Source: Stegostoma tigrinum
Taxonomy: Eukaryota
Direction of reading: 5' to 3'
Assembly: GCF_030684315.1 (NCBI RefSeq)
Contig: NC_081361.1
Span: 74,819,614-74,883,613 of the forward strand
Length of the DNA stretch: 64,000 nucleotides
Position 1 is the first letter of the stretch, and each line of letters opens with the position of its first letter. Positions 37,065 through 48,865 of the stretch are shown in pieces. The position numbers and the translations under genes were made by a program. Below the pieces are notes generated by a model, which worked only from the letters and a program-made list of their open reading frames with translations, did no database searches and had not been told where the DNA came from.

Positions 37065-37880
37065 TGCTGAAAACAAAACTGCTGAAGATCACAGCAGGTC
37101 AGGCAGTGTCCATGAAGAGAGAACAGAGAGAACAAGCTAATGTTTTGAGTCTAGATGACTATTTATCAGATCTGATGTGAAGTGTGGAGGGAGCAGCATT
37201 TATGCTATTGGAGGGGGAGGTTGGAGTGCTGTGGTAGAAAGGGTGCTAATAGTGCACATTTAGTGATTGGAGTGTGAGAATGGCAGAACGATGATGTGTC
37301 TAACTGTTGATGTGTCTAACTGCCAGACTGGAAAGAACAGACAGTGCTATTGGATTGGAGGCAGGGGAGAGAGAACATGGTGACAGAAAATGTAACAAAT
37401 AAAGCTAAAAGAAAGGGAAGGAATTGGAGTGATCAGAGATAATTGGAACTGCAGATGCTGGAGAATCCGAGATCCGAGAATCCAGTGTTTTAGGAGCACA
37501 AAAGCTGACCTTTCTAGGCCCGAAACGTCAGCTTTTTTTGCTTGGCCTGCTGTGTTCATCCAGCTCCACACTTTGTTATCAAGGAATTGGAGTGGGTTGA
37601 ACACATTGTTCTGTCATTCTCACATTCCACTCATTTAATCTGCACTATGAACACCTTTTCTCCCCCAGCACTCAGCAGGACTCTCTCCCCCCCCCCCCCC
37701 CCCCCCCACCACCCACCATTGCATCAATACTGTCTCCTTCACACTTCACGTCAGCCCTGATGAGTCATCTAGACTCAAAGCATTAGCTTGCTCTGTCTCC
37801 ATGGATGCTGCCTTAACTGCTGTGATTTCCAGCATTTTTTGTTTGCAGTACAGATTCCAGCATCTGCAAGAATTTGCTCA
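37065..37880. mobile_element. Older inverted-arm PLE-derived element (family C) with nested family A mini-element at ~37433-37580
   Basis: Arms gctaatgttttgagtctagatgact / agtcatctagactcaaagcattagc; decayed hammerhead at 37757; nested insert with TSD aaggaattggagtg (37419, 37581). Confidence 0.75.
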
Positions 37881-38527
37881 TACGTAGAGTTAGTTCTATA
37901 GCTGGAGCAAATCTGAACTTCTCTAACCTTTCCTGGTTAAGGAAAGTAAGGCAGTAGCCTCCATGGTTCGTGACTCTAACTCAGACTTAGGGAATTTTCG
38001 GGAGGGTTCCAGATGCTGGGTTATTACCTGACCTTTCAACTTCACAGGCAACTCTCACAATATAAACTGCATCGGGACTTCATACAGTCCTGCCATACAA
38101 CTCTAGCTTAAGATTCAGCAACATCTACTTTTCTGTTGGGAGATACATGAGGAACTCTGCCAGCGGGAAACCACAGCAGTGAACTCAGAATCTGAGATAC
38201 TATGCTGGACTTCCAAACATTTGTAAATAAAAAATGAAAGAACTGTGGATGCTGTAAATCAGGAACAAAAACAGGAGTTGCTGGAAAAGCTCAGCAGGAC
38301 TGGCAGTATCTGTGGAGAGAAATCAGTTAGTGTTTTGGGCTCAGTGATCCTTCCTCAGAACTCAGTGTTCCAAATACTTGGTGCCACACACACAGCCAAT
38401 TATGAGTTTAACAGTGTCGTGCTTCCCTTTTGATTTTCTTTCAGTCTTAAACCAAAGGCAGAGACAGTGCAATGCTGCATGGAACCAATGTTTATTCCTA
38501 ACCATAGGTGAGTTAGGTAATGATGAA

Positions 38528-38740
38528 GAGATAATAGGAACTGCAGGTGCTGGAGAACCCATGATGACAAGATGTAGAGCTGAATGAACACAGCTAGCCA
38601 AGCAGCATCTTAGGAGCAGGAAAGCTGATGTTTCGGGCTTAGGCCCTTCATCATGGAGGGTCGAGGCCCGAAACGTCAGCTTCCTGCTCCTAAGATGCTG
38701 CTTGGCTAGCTGTGTTCATCCAGCTGTACATCTTGTTATC
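38528..38740. mobile_element. Palindromic family A-related mini-element
   Basis: Inverted termini meeting at the hammerhead cores; perfect 14-bp TSD taggtaatgatgaa (38514-38527, 38741-38754). Confidence 0.9.
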
Positions 38741-38910
38741 TAGGTAATGATGAACCTCTCTTTCCTACTGTCATCCATTTTTCCTTCTTTTTATTGAGGA
38801 AAAAAAATAATTTCTTGAAAAGATTGATCATTTAATAGACTCCATGTTTAATTATTAACATTAATGCTGCATTATGAAATGGAGGTGGGTGTTGTGAAAC
38901 TGGTATCTCA

Positions 38911-40065
38911 CTGAGCTGGAAGGTTAGTTTTCAGACGTTTCGTCATCATTCTAGGTAACATCATCAGTGAGCCTCCGACGAAGCGCTGGTGTTATGTCCC
39001 GCTTTCTATTTATCTGGTTAGGTTTCTTTGGGTTGGTGATGTCATTTCCTGTTCTTTTTCTCAGGGGATGGTAGATTGATTTGGAGCCAATGTGTTTGTT
39101 GATGGAGTTCCGGTTGGAGTGCCATGCTTCTAGGAATTCTCGTGCATGTCTCTGTTTGGCTTGTCCTAGGATGGATGTGTTGTCCCAATCAAAGTGGTGT
39201 CCTTCCTCATCTGTATGTAAGGATACGAGTGATAGTGGATCATGTCGTTTTGTGGCTAGTTGATGTTCATGTATCCTGGTGGCTAGCTTTCTGCCTGTTT
39301 GTCCAATGTAGTGTTTGTCACAGTTCTTGCAAGGTATTTTGTAGATGACGTTCGTTTTGCTTGTCTGTATAGGGTCTTTTAAGTTCATTAGCTGCTGTTT
39401 TAGTGTGTTGGTGGGTTTGTGGGCTACCCTGATGCCAAGAGGTCCGAGTAGTCTGGCAGTCATTTCGGAAATGTCTTTGATGTAGGGGAGAGTGGTTATG
39501 GTTTCTGAGCCCGTTTTGTCTGTTTATTTGGGTTTATTGCTGAGGAATCGGCGGACTGTGTTCATAGGGTACCCATTCTTTTTGAATATGCTGTATAGGT
39601 GATTTTCCTCTGCTCTGCGTAGTTCCTCTGTGCTGCAGTGTGTGGTGGCTCGTTGGAATAATGTTCTAATGCAGCTTCGTTTGTGGGTGTTGGGATGGTT
39701 GCTCCTGTAGTTCAGTATTTGGTCCCTATGTGTTGTCTATAGGAAAAGAGCACATATGGACCAAATACTGAGACACGCATGAGAATTCCTAGAAGCATGG
39801 CATTCCAACCGGAACTCCATCAACAAACACATTGATTTGGAGCCAATCTACCATCCCCTGAGAAAAAGAACAGGAAATGACATCACCAACCCAAGGAAAC
39901 CTAAACAGATAAATAGAAAGCAGGACATAACACCAGCGCTTCGTCGGAGGCTCACTGATGATGTTACCTAGAATGGTGATGAAACGTCTGAAAACTAACC
40001 TTCCAGCTCAGCGAGCAAACTCACAATCAGAACCTCAACCTGAGCTACAAATCTTCTCAAAACTC
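38911..40065 (-). mobile_element. Penelope/Poseidon-type PLE fragment (GIY-YIG) with inverted copy of its 3' end
   Basis: NVIYKIPCKNCDKHYIGQTGRKLATRIHEH..REFLEAWHS; inverted copy ~39770-40065; hammerhead motifs at ~38931-38970 (-) and 39952-39991 (+); TSD actgg(t/c)atctca. Confidence 0.92.
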
Positions 40066-40159
40066 ACTGGCATCTCAGTACGGTTACTTGATCAGTAAAT
40101 AAAGCTTTGAGAAATGGATTTTCCAGTGATATTAAATGACTGAAGTGTTGTGCTGACAG

Positions 40160-40284
40160 GTGTCCTTTGTCATATTGAACTGAAAAATTACAGCCAGGCA
40201 GTAGCATGGTGTGATGAGGGCCTTCAGTTTGAACCCAAAGAAAAGCAACTCATTGAATTGAGAGCCAAAGCTGATAAACAGAAG
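40160..40284 (+). CDS. TTC4: TTC4 exon 5
   Basis: tgacag|GT...AAG|gtatgt; VLCHIELKNYSQAVAWCDEGLQFEPKEKQLIELRAKADKQK. Confidence 0.93.
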
Positions 40285-40424
40285 GTATGTTTAGTGACTG
40301 CTGGTTAAGTACTTGACTCTAGGAGATAAAGTCTGTGATGATTGCATTGCATGAGTGCTGGATACAGGAGGTTTAGTCAATTAAGTATATGTACAATGCA
40401 GAAATTGTCAAAGTGGTTCCTCAA

Positions 40425-40772
40425 GGCACCGTGGCTCAGTAGACAGCATTGCTGCCTCACAGAGCCAGGGACCTGAGTTTGATTCCACCCTCGGGCAACT
40501 GTCAGTGTGGAGTTTGCACGTTCTCCCTGTGTCTGTGTGGGTTTCCTCCGGGTGCTCCAGGTGCAGTCCAAAGACGTGCAGGTTAGGTGGATTGGCCATG
40601 CTAAGTTGCCTGCAGTGTCTGGGATATGTAAATTAGGTGGATTAGACATGGGAAATGCTGGATTACAGGAAAAGGGCAGGGGAATGGATCTGGGTGGGAT
40701 GCTGTTTGGAGGGGCAGTGTGAACTTGTTGGGCCAAATGGCCTGTTTCCACACAGTAGGGATTCTCTGACTC
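40425..40772 (+). mobile_element. HE1-like V-SINE
   Basis: tRNA head (gtggctcagt...ctgcctcacag), V domain (tgtggagtttgcacgttctccc...gggtttcctccgggtgctcc), CR1-like tail (gggccaaatggcctgtttcc). Confidence 0.88.
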
Positions 40773-41010
40773 TAAGTGTTGTTAAATGCAGAGTGGGAGC
40801 GCTTGAATTAACAGTTTAGCATTGCATTGTAATGTGTTTTGGTGATGGGTTCATGTTGAGATGATTGTGTTTAAAGCCCTCACAGCAAGCAGAAAATAGT
40901 GGCTTTAAAGGCACCACACTGAATATGTGTTGAGTCTAGGTCACAAGTGAAAGGTCATTGTTCTGACTGATTCTGCTACCTCGTTTGTTCTAAATTATAA
41001 CTTCTTTTAG

Positions 41011-41097
41011 CGAGTTGAGGAGCGTAATCTAAGGAAAGCAAAATTGAAGGAGAAGAAGGAAAGGGTGCAAGCAGAAGCCTTACTGAAGGCTGTCAAG
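41011..41097 (+). CDS. TTC4: TTC4 exon 6
   Basis: ttttag|CGA...AAG|gtaag; RVEERNLRKAKLKEKKERVQAEALLKAVK. Confidence 0.92.
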
Positions 41098-43214
41098 GTA
41101 AGGGAATATGAAATATTGGGGAAAATTACCCCATCATCTACATAACTGTACATAACTCAAGTTAAAATTGATCTAAAGAAGATGTCCACATGACCTTTGT
41201 CTCTAAAAAGCCGAACTTTTCAATTTGAGATTTTAAGAGATTAAGCTGTGTTCTGATTGTTCATCACTTATTGTTAATTACTGACCTCATTAATTTGAAG
41301 TTATGTGCATGAATTTTTAGATTTCACCAGCCAATTCTAGTACCAATCTCTCAGCCAGTTGACAAATACTAATGAGTATTTCAAGATCAGTTCTGAAAGC
41401 TTTAGGAAAGAATCACAAGTATGCAGATCAGTTTGAAATGAAAATTGTACCATTTGCTGTGACTAATTTGTGCAGTAATAACAGAGTTTAATGTTTGCAA
41501 GTAAATAGAGAGTGTGTAAACTAAGATGCCAAAGAATAAATGTGCCAGCGGAGGAAGATCAAGAAAGTGATTTCACTTGGAGGAAAAGGTGTCTGAAAGG
41601 GTTAATGAAGCATCAACAAAGTATCACCTGTGTGGCCATCTGACCTTACGCCTTCTGAGAAATGAAGAAAGATGGCATTTCGAATTGAAAGCCAATGCTT
41701 GTCATGCCCAAGCTTTGTGAAAAAGCAGTTTAGTGCTCTGTCAGAACAGCACCTGCTATCTGTACATAATAAAATCACTAAATTATCAGCAGATGTCAAG
41801 AGATGAATGTGTGTTGAATGGTCTTCATTAGAAATATGAATGAAACAAATGAACTTCGACCTGCTTGTAAATAAGATTGATGCCAAGATTGTTGAACTTG
41901 CTGTCCCTGTAAAGAAGACTGGGAGTGGGTGGGGACAGTTCAGAGTGGTTACATATGGCAGATGGCACATGATTAAAGGTAATAGTGGGGCATAAAACTT
42001 TCTAAAGAGAAACTTCAGACTGGCATTATGACCATGTTCATGGGAAAGGCTGGTTATATGACTACAGTTGCACAAAGTGGATCAAGGGTAAACGATAGAA
42101 GCTGGAAGAAGTCACAGCAGGGTGATGAAATAAGTTCAAGGTATAAAACAGAGATGAGGCAAAACGTTCCCTCTCAAAGGACTGAGAGTCTTTGGAACTC
42201 TCTTTGGTAGAAGAAGATGGAAACAGAATCCTTGACTATTTTTAAGGTTGAGGTAGATAGCTTGTTAACGCCTTGATTAATAACAATCTATCAGGGTAGG
42301 TAGCAATGTGAATTTGAAGGCATAAACATATTTAAGTGTTCGCCCTATTGAATTGGAGAGCAAGCTCGGGGGACTGAATGTTCTACTCCTCCTTATGCAC
42401 CTGGGATTGTAGAGGTCCCACCTTGATGTGCTGTAGTTTGTGATGTCAAAACCAACATGGCAGCTCTTGTTGGTGGTCTTACAAGTTGTTCAACCCTTAG
42501 ATGTCTGTGTAAAGAAGCCTCTCAAGGACAATGTTTGAAGGAAGTTACGGGAATTTAGGGGTGAAAATTATAGGCACACCGACTAGTAATATTGTACCAA
42601 AGGGTTTTAAACATGTAGTATGAACTTGATCCCAGTAATGTCAAAAAATAATTTCTAAGAGAAATGGAATATCAGATACATGCAATGATATTGAGGATCC
42701 TACCTGTGGAATGTTGGTGTTGAAGCTCCTGGTACTACCACTGATAAGATGAGGATATTTGGATAAATTGTTCAGTGATTTAAATGCTAATCAGAGACAT
42801 AGTGAAAGATTACAGTGTGGATTGTGGTAATTAATTCTTTATCGTATATATTTGTATTATTTTGGAGGAAATATATATAATTTGTAATGTTACAAATTAA
42901 ATAATGCTTGAGACTAAATATGAATTCCTTACTATTACAGGTTTTTACTTTATTCCATTGTGATGGTCTTTCTTTGTGACCTAATCAAGTATGCACATCT
43001 ATCCCATAAAATTATTATCTTGGAAAAGTCAAACTCTCTAAAATTGGGTTTAGAAGATTTGACTTTTCTTCATGAGTATGTTTGGAAGATATATATTTCA
43101 CATGTCTGCTTTGGAGATGAATATGTTTTTAACATGATACTTGGTATTTAAGAACAGCACTGCTGTTTCCCTATTTCTGAATTTAGTTTTAGTTTTATTT
43201 GTTCTCTGTTGCAG

Positions 43215-43447
43215 GAGAGGAAGATCAAGGTATTTCAGCCTCAGGAGTTGACCGGTCAAAACTCTGATGATGATGATGATGATAAGGAAGACAGTAGGGT
43301 ATTAAGAACTCTGTTTGACGGCATAAACTCTGAGAATGGCAATGTAGTGCACTTGGATGAAAATGGCAACTTAAGTTGGCCTGTGTTGTTTCTGTACCCA
43401 GAATATGAACAAATGGATTTTATCTCAGCATTTCATGAAGACTCACG
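43215..43447 (+). CDS. TTC4: TTC4 exon 7
   Basis: ttgcag|GAG...CG|gtaaa; acidic tract then LDENGNLSWPVLFLYPEYEQMDFISAFHEDS. Confidence 0.94.
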
Positions 43448-43470
43448 GTAAATATCAAAATAAAGACATC

Positions 43471-43683
43471 AGAGATAATGGGAACTGCAGATGCTGGAGA
43501 ATTCCAAGATAATAAAATGTGAGGCTGGATGAACACAGCAGGCCAAGCAGCATCTCAGGAGCACAAAAGCTAATAAAATGTGAGGCTGGATGAACACAGC
43601 AGGCCAAGCAGCATCTCAGGAGCACAAATGTGCTCCTGAGATGCTGCTTGGCCTGCTGTGTTCATCCAGCCTCACATTTTATT
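43471..43683. mobile_element. Family A mini-element (tandem plus inverted termini, no hammerhead core)
   Basis: Perfect 14-bp TSD aaaataaagacatc (43457-43470, 43684-43697). Confidence 0.9.
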
Positions 43684-45266
43684 AAAATAAAGACATCCTT
43701 CACTTTTGGCAATTAATGTTAATGTCTGTTTTAAAGTAGGACAAAGCCAAAAAAGTTTTAAATGCTGGATATCTGAAGCAAACACAGGTAATGCTGGAGA
43801 AACTCAGCAGGTCTGGCAATATCTGTGGAGAGAGAAACAGAGTCCGGTATGACACTGAACGGGGTTCTCTAGCAGTCTCAGTGTTTGTTCTAGGTATGAC
43901 ATCTAGTGTTCTAAAAATAGCCTCTCCAAAGATCTGAGCAAGCTTAGAACTTATAGGCAAATGTTCATGTGATGTGGACTGATATTTTAATTATGTTATG
44001 TTAATGACAGCTTCAAACTAGATGTTTCAATGAATGAACTGCAGGCATGTCAAAATTATTTCCCACTTTAGTTAATGCATGCACAATAGTGGCTTTGTCC
44101 CTGCTTTCTGGAACTGTCTGAATACACTGGCAATTTGCAGTCTTCCTTTTTTGATAGCTTTGTGGTGAAATAGGGCTGAGAATAGCTTGGTAGCAGACAT
44201 TTCTCAAAGGTTGTGAATGTAGGTCACAAGATGAAATGAGACTGTCCTGACTGTCCCCTAGTCTCCTTGTTCTGAAATGCCTCACTGGAGTAGTTTGTTG
44301 GAAATCAGCCACATTATCATCTGAGTCATCACAGAAGTTAAAATGTTATCACATTTCATGATATCTCCAGTTTACCTTTTCGATAGACTCAAATTAACAT
44401 GGACCAGGTTTCTGTAATTATAAGAGCTTTTGAGTGCAAACAAATAGATTCTAACTACAGGTAAACAACTATTAACTGTTGACATCACTCTATCAGTTAA
44501 AGCTGTATAACTCCCTTGTAAAACTCACCACACACATACACAGCCGAAAAAATCTGGTGTTACGGCTGGAGGGAAGGTAAAGTACCAGTGTGGGGGAAAC
44601 ACTTCAATAGTCCTCAGGATTCGACTGTTTGTTTAAGTTCTCTGATTCTCTGATCATCTCCTTCATGTTTTTTCATTTCTTCATGGGAGTATAAGATGAA
44701 CTAGTTCACAAATGACTTCTTGGTTGAAAGCAACATTTTACAGCACTCGATGGGAGAGAAGACCTGGTTTTCTTTAGCTTCAGGTATTTTATAGGGAAGG
44801 GAGAGACTATCTCCCCTTGCAAAAGTCTGAGGGCCTCCCCTTGAAGCTTTCACATCCACAAGCTGTTCAGCTACCCAGCAACTAATCACAGAGTTGGTGC
44901 CAGGCTGATGAGCTTGGCGACCATGACTGGTCACATTTCCACTAACCAATCAGCTACTTGCTACTGGCTGAATCTCTCTCAGTACATTGTACTGGTGTCC
45001 ATGCTGTCTTCTTTAACTCCTTCCCATGCTGCTTGCAAAGCAAAAATGTAAACATAACTGACAATGAGTTTCAGTCACTTGATAATTAAAAATACAGCAA
45101 TTCCTTTCTCGGTTCTCATTTTATATTAACAGTCCTTTTCCCAGTTCAATCAAGAATAAAGTAAAACAAAAAGTTACATCGCTATAGTACTGATTCATGA
45201 GTGTCATTTTTGTTTACTGCCAAGCAAGGTTTCTAGAGATTAACTTTGACTCCATTCTCTTTTCAG

Positions 45267-45351
45267 GTTTATTGATCATTTATCTGTGATGTTTGGTGAG
45301 AACCTCCCCCCTTGGGATACAGAAAAGAAATATAAGCCAAATAATTTAGAG
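45267..45351 (+). CDS. TTC4: TTC4 exon 8
   Basis: tttcag|G...GAG|gtacg; FIDHLSVMFGENLPPWDTEKKYKPNNLE. Confidence 0.93.
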
Positions 45352-46837
45352 GTACGACTTGAACTGGATTTAAGAATGTCATCCTGAATGGAAAATGAGG
45401 AAGTGGAAGAAACTGTCTCCAATTTAGATGAAACTGTTTTTAATAAAAAGCTCTCACCAAATTAGTTTTCATTCATTGATGTCCTTTGTGAAATAGCTCA
45501 GAAAACAAATCAACACCTAAATTCCCTTCACTGTTGAGTTTGAGCAGAAAAGTTTATTCCTGGTGAACTAGCCTTCATCACTGGCAACTTTAAGGTGATG
45601 TGTTTCAGTTTGTCAGAGCTCCCATTATTTGCAGTTGTACTTCTGTTTGAAACACATGATTGTTTTAAAAGAACAAAACAGATAGATTTGGGTTGAAAGT
45701 AACAAAGTTATATACAAATTTGTGGAACTCCATGACCACTACCATTCTAAAAGGACATATACATGCAAGTTCCTCTCCGAGTCTCTCACCATCCCGACTT
45801 GAAAATATATTGCCATTCCTTCAATGTCTTCTGGACAAAATCCTGGAATTACCTCCCGAGTGGCATTGTGGATTTACCTACAGCGGTTCAGGAGGCAGCT
45901 CACGACCACCTATTCAAGGGCAACTAGGGACAAGCAATGAATGCTGGCGGAGCCAACAACATCCATGCCCCACAAGCGAATACAAAAAAAAACAGCCATC
46001 CACATTTCTTTAACACTGAGTTTGTAAAGTATACAGGTAGTGTTCCTTTTAATTTGCTTTCTGGCTGCCTGGGCATCAGAGGCTTGTGCATAGCAATGAC
46101 TTCAGAAGTCAATGCTGATCGCTGTGCTTGGAGAATCAGGGAACTTAGAGGAACACGAGAAACATATTTTTGGTGCAAGGAAACATTGCTGTTCAAAGTG
46201 TTTGTGGCATGCAACCAGTTCTGGTCTGGTTGGTGCGAGGACACCAGACTGATGCATGTATAATTTGATGAAATGCGAGGTTTTGGAGCAAAGCATTCTT
46301 ATTGCATCTGATGTAGTGCTGTAAAAGCGCACATGAGGACATTGCAGACTAAGTTCTAGAGCTGTGGCTACTCAGTTTGCATAAATATGTCACCCCACAG
46401 CTTGAACAGAGCTTTAAATGTGATGCAGGCTTGGTACAACACAGATTACAATTGCATTTGTATAATATATTTAAAACAGGAACATTTTTAACCATGGATT
46501 TTTATTTCCAGTTGGCAGGTGTTGATCACAACTTACCAAACAATTTAAGCTAACATATGATAGTCCGCATTTCAGCATGTTAGAATCCACTCTGGTGATA
46601 TTAATTTCTTGTACCTTTTTATTAATACCCAAAAATCTGTTTAATTTGAAGTGCCGGTTTTTGGAGGAGAGACGATAATAAGGTGGAGAAAGGAATACTT
46701 GTTTTTTCTGTTGTAGAATCTTACTATTCTCTGCTGTACTAACCAAGAGCAAACAAACTGAAATGTTTCTGGGGATTATTTAAAATTTAGATAAAATGAT
46801 ACTCTCTGTTAATCAATTTGTTCTCTTGTGCCCATAG

Positions 46838-46920
46838 TTGTATTTTGAAGGTGAGCAAGGAGAGGATCTGTTCCAGGTAGATCCCATGTGCACTCTGCGA
46901 CAGATTCTGAGTCATGACAG
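46838..46920 (+). CDS. TTC4: TTC4 exon 9
   Basis: ccatag|TTG...AG|gtgag; LYFEGEQGEDLFQVDPMCTLRQILSHD. Confidence 0.9.
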
Positions 46921-48667
46921 GTGAGCAGTGTTAATTGTGTGGTTGCTGATTTCATTTCCTGCTGTCTCTTTAACTTAGGTAGGTGGAGAACTACCATACT
47001 TTTATACAAAATGGCTTGTACAATCTTGAGGCTATTTTTTTTTTATGAATGTTACAGTTGTCTCAGATTCTGCTTTGCTGTGGCAACATTCACTTTGTGA
47101 TGTTTGAGCTTCCAACATTTTTATCGTAACATGAACTAACCTGAAACCTCATTTATTGTTACTGCATTCTATTTGCATAAGTTGGAGGATTTGCAAGTTG
47201 CTACTCAACCTATTTGGACAAACTATGACTGTATCTTCCTGAGTTTTGTTAACCTGGAGTAGGACATAAATCCAGGACTTCTGGTTCGGAAACAGCAATG
47301 TCATCATTGTGCCACAGGAACACCTTTGAATATTCGATAAAAGCTATCAATATTACAAAATCATTGCAGGCTGGGAAGGATAGCCAGTTACAGCATTGGT
47401 CTTTAAAATCAATTTGTCTAAGAGAATTGTCTAAGAGATTCAAACAGCTTTTGGTCTGAGCATTCAAATGAAGTAAATTTGGAGAGTATCTCCTTGTATT
47501 TCTTTCTTCTCCAACCCCTGCCTGGCCTACACATCAATTCATTTAAGATTGAAAACTTAGCACAGTGCAAAGTAGACTTGTACGCCAACATATAGGCAAT
47601 ACATGTGGGCCAACCAGCGACACCCACATCCCACAAGTGAATAAAAACTCATGGAAGTCAGATCTGTTACTTGGCCACACCAGCTTGATGCTTGCCCCTC
47701 TAGACAACATCAGTCTCGCTTCTACACAATTTGCCAGCCACGTACGCAGGAAGTGCATTGCTTGTACTTCCAAAAAACGGCCATGTCTCAAAGTCAAAGG
47801 GGAATAGTCCTCAGACAAGTCGAAGGAAACAGGTTTCTGGTGCATTAAGTCAACAGCAGCCTCTGATATCAATCGAGGGACTTGGGCACCGAGTGCATTG
47901 GGTGGTCATGGCCAGGGGATCTGGTCCGGGGAGTCACAGGAAGACAGTAGGGACCTGGCCAGATATCAGTCAAGGGTCTGGTCACTCATTGTTCAGTGCT
48001 GTCCATCTAAGTCACTCAAGTGGGTGGGTCACTGTCAGTCCTGAGAGGTCTGTACATTAAAAGCCATTTGGAGTTGAACAGGTATTCTTGGGGCCAGTGT
48101 TACAAAATTGAAGCTAATGAACTTAGTTTGACTGGTGATTGGGGGCAGCATAACAGATGCAGAGGGCAGAACATTAGAGAAGAGGAGGTAATGTAGGAGC
48201 TGGGGGTGGCGTGCACTCCTGTTTCCGTTGTGGTTACATATACCTGGAGCTGAGGATGTAAAATGGAGAGATGAAAATTTAGATAGACTGATTTGGTTGG
48301 GTGGGAACTTAGGGATGTTCAAAACCCATAGGATTGACAGGCAGAGCCACCAAGAGACGAATGTAGACATTTGAGGATTCACCAAGGCTGCGAGGCTCGA
48401 CTGGAGTCTCACAGTTTAGAATAGTATCATGGTCGGCCAAAGGGCCTGTTCCCGTGCTGTGTTGTTCTATGTTCATTGCGTGAAGAACACCTTCCACGAG
48501 ACTGTAAATAAGAAGTGTGGCAAGTGGAGCTAAAAATGGCTGTCAACACACTAGGTCTGGGTGAGTTAAGTGTTTCATTTCACAATCTACTAAAGATAAT
48601 ACACCTCTGCAAGCACTGTGTGAACCTTCGGCATTAACCTATGTGCAGTCCAAATCCTTCTCCAAGC

Positions 48668-48865
48668 GTAGAGATTACATGGTGTAGAGCTAGATGAACA
48701 CAGCGGGCCAAGCAGCATCAGAGGAGCAGGAAGACTGATGTTTCGGGCCTAGACCCTCCAGGCCCGAAACATCAGTCTTCCTACTCCTCTGATGCTGCTT
48801 GGCCCATTGTGTTCATCCAGCTCTACACCTTGTTATCTCAGATTCTCCAGCATCTGCAGTTCCTA
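48668..48865. mobile_element. Palindromic family A-related mini-element
   Basis: Inverted termini; flanking repeat ccttctccaagc (48656-48667, 48866-48877). Confidence 0.85.

Noticed and set aside
33784-48865. Selective loss of sense-strand hammerheads within TTC4 introns
   Set aside because: Too few copies; antisense copies are also mutated, and CpG decay or junction truncation explains most changes
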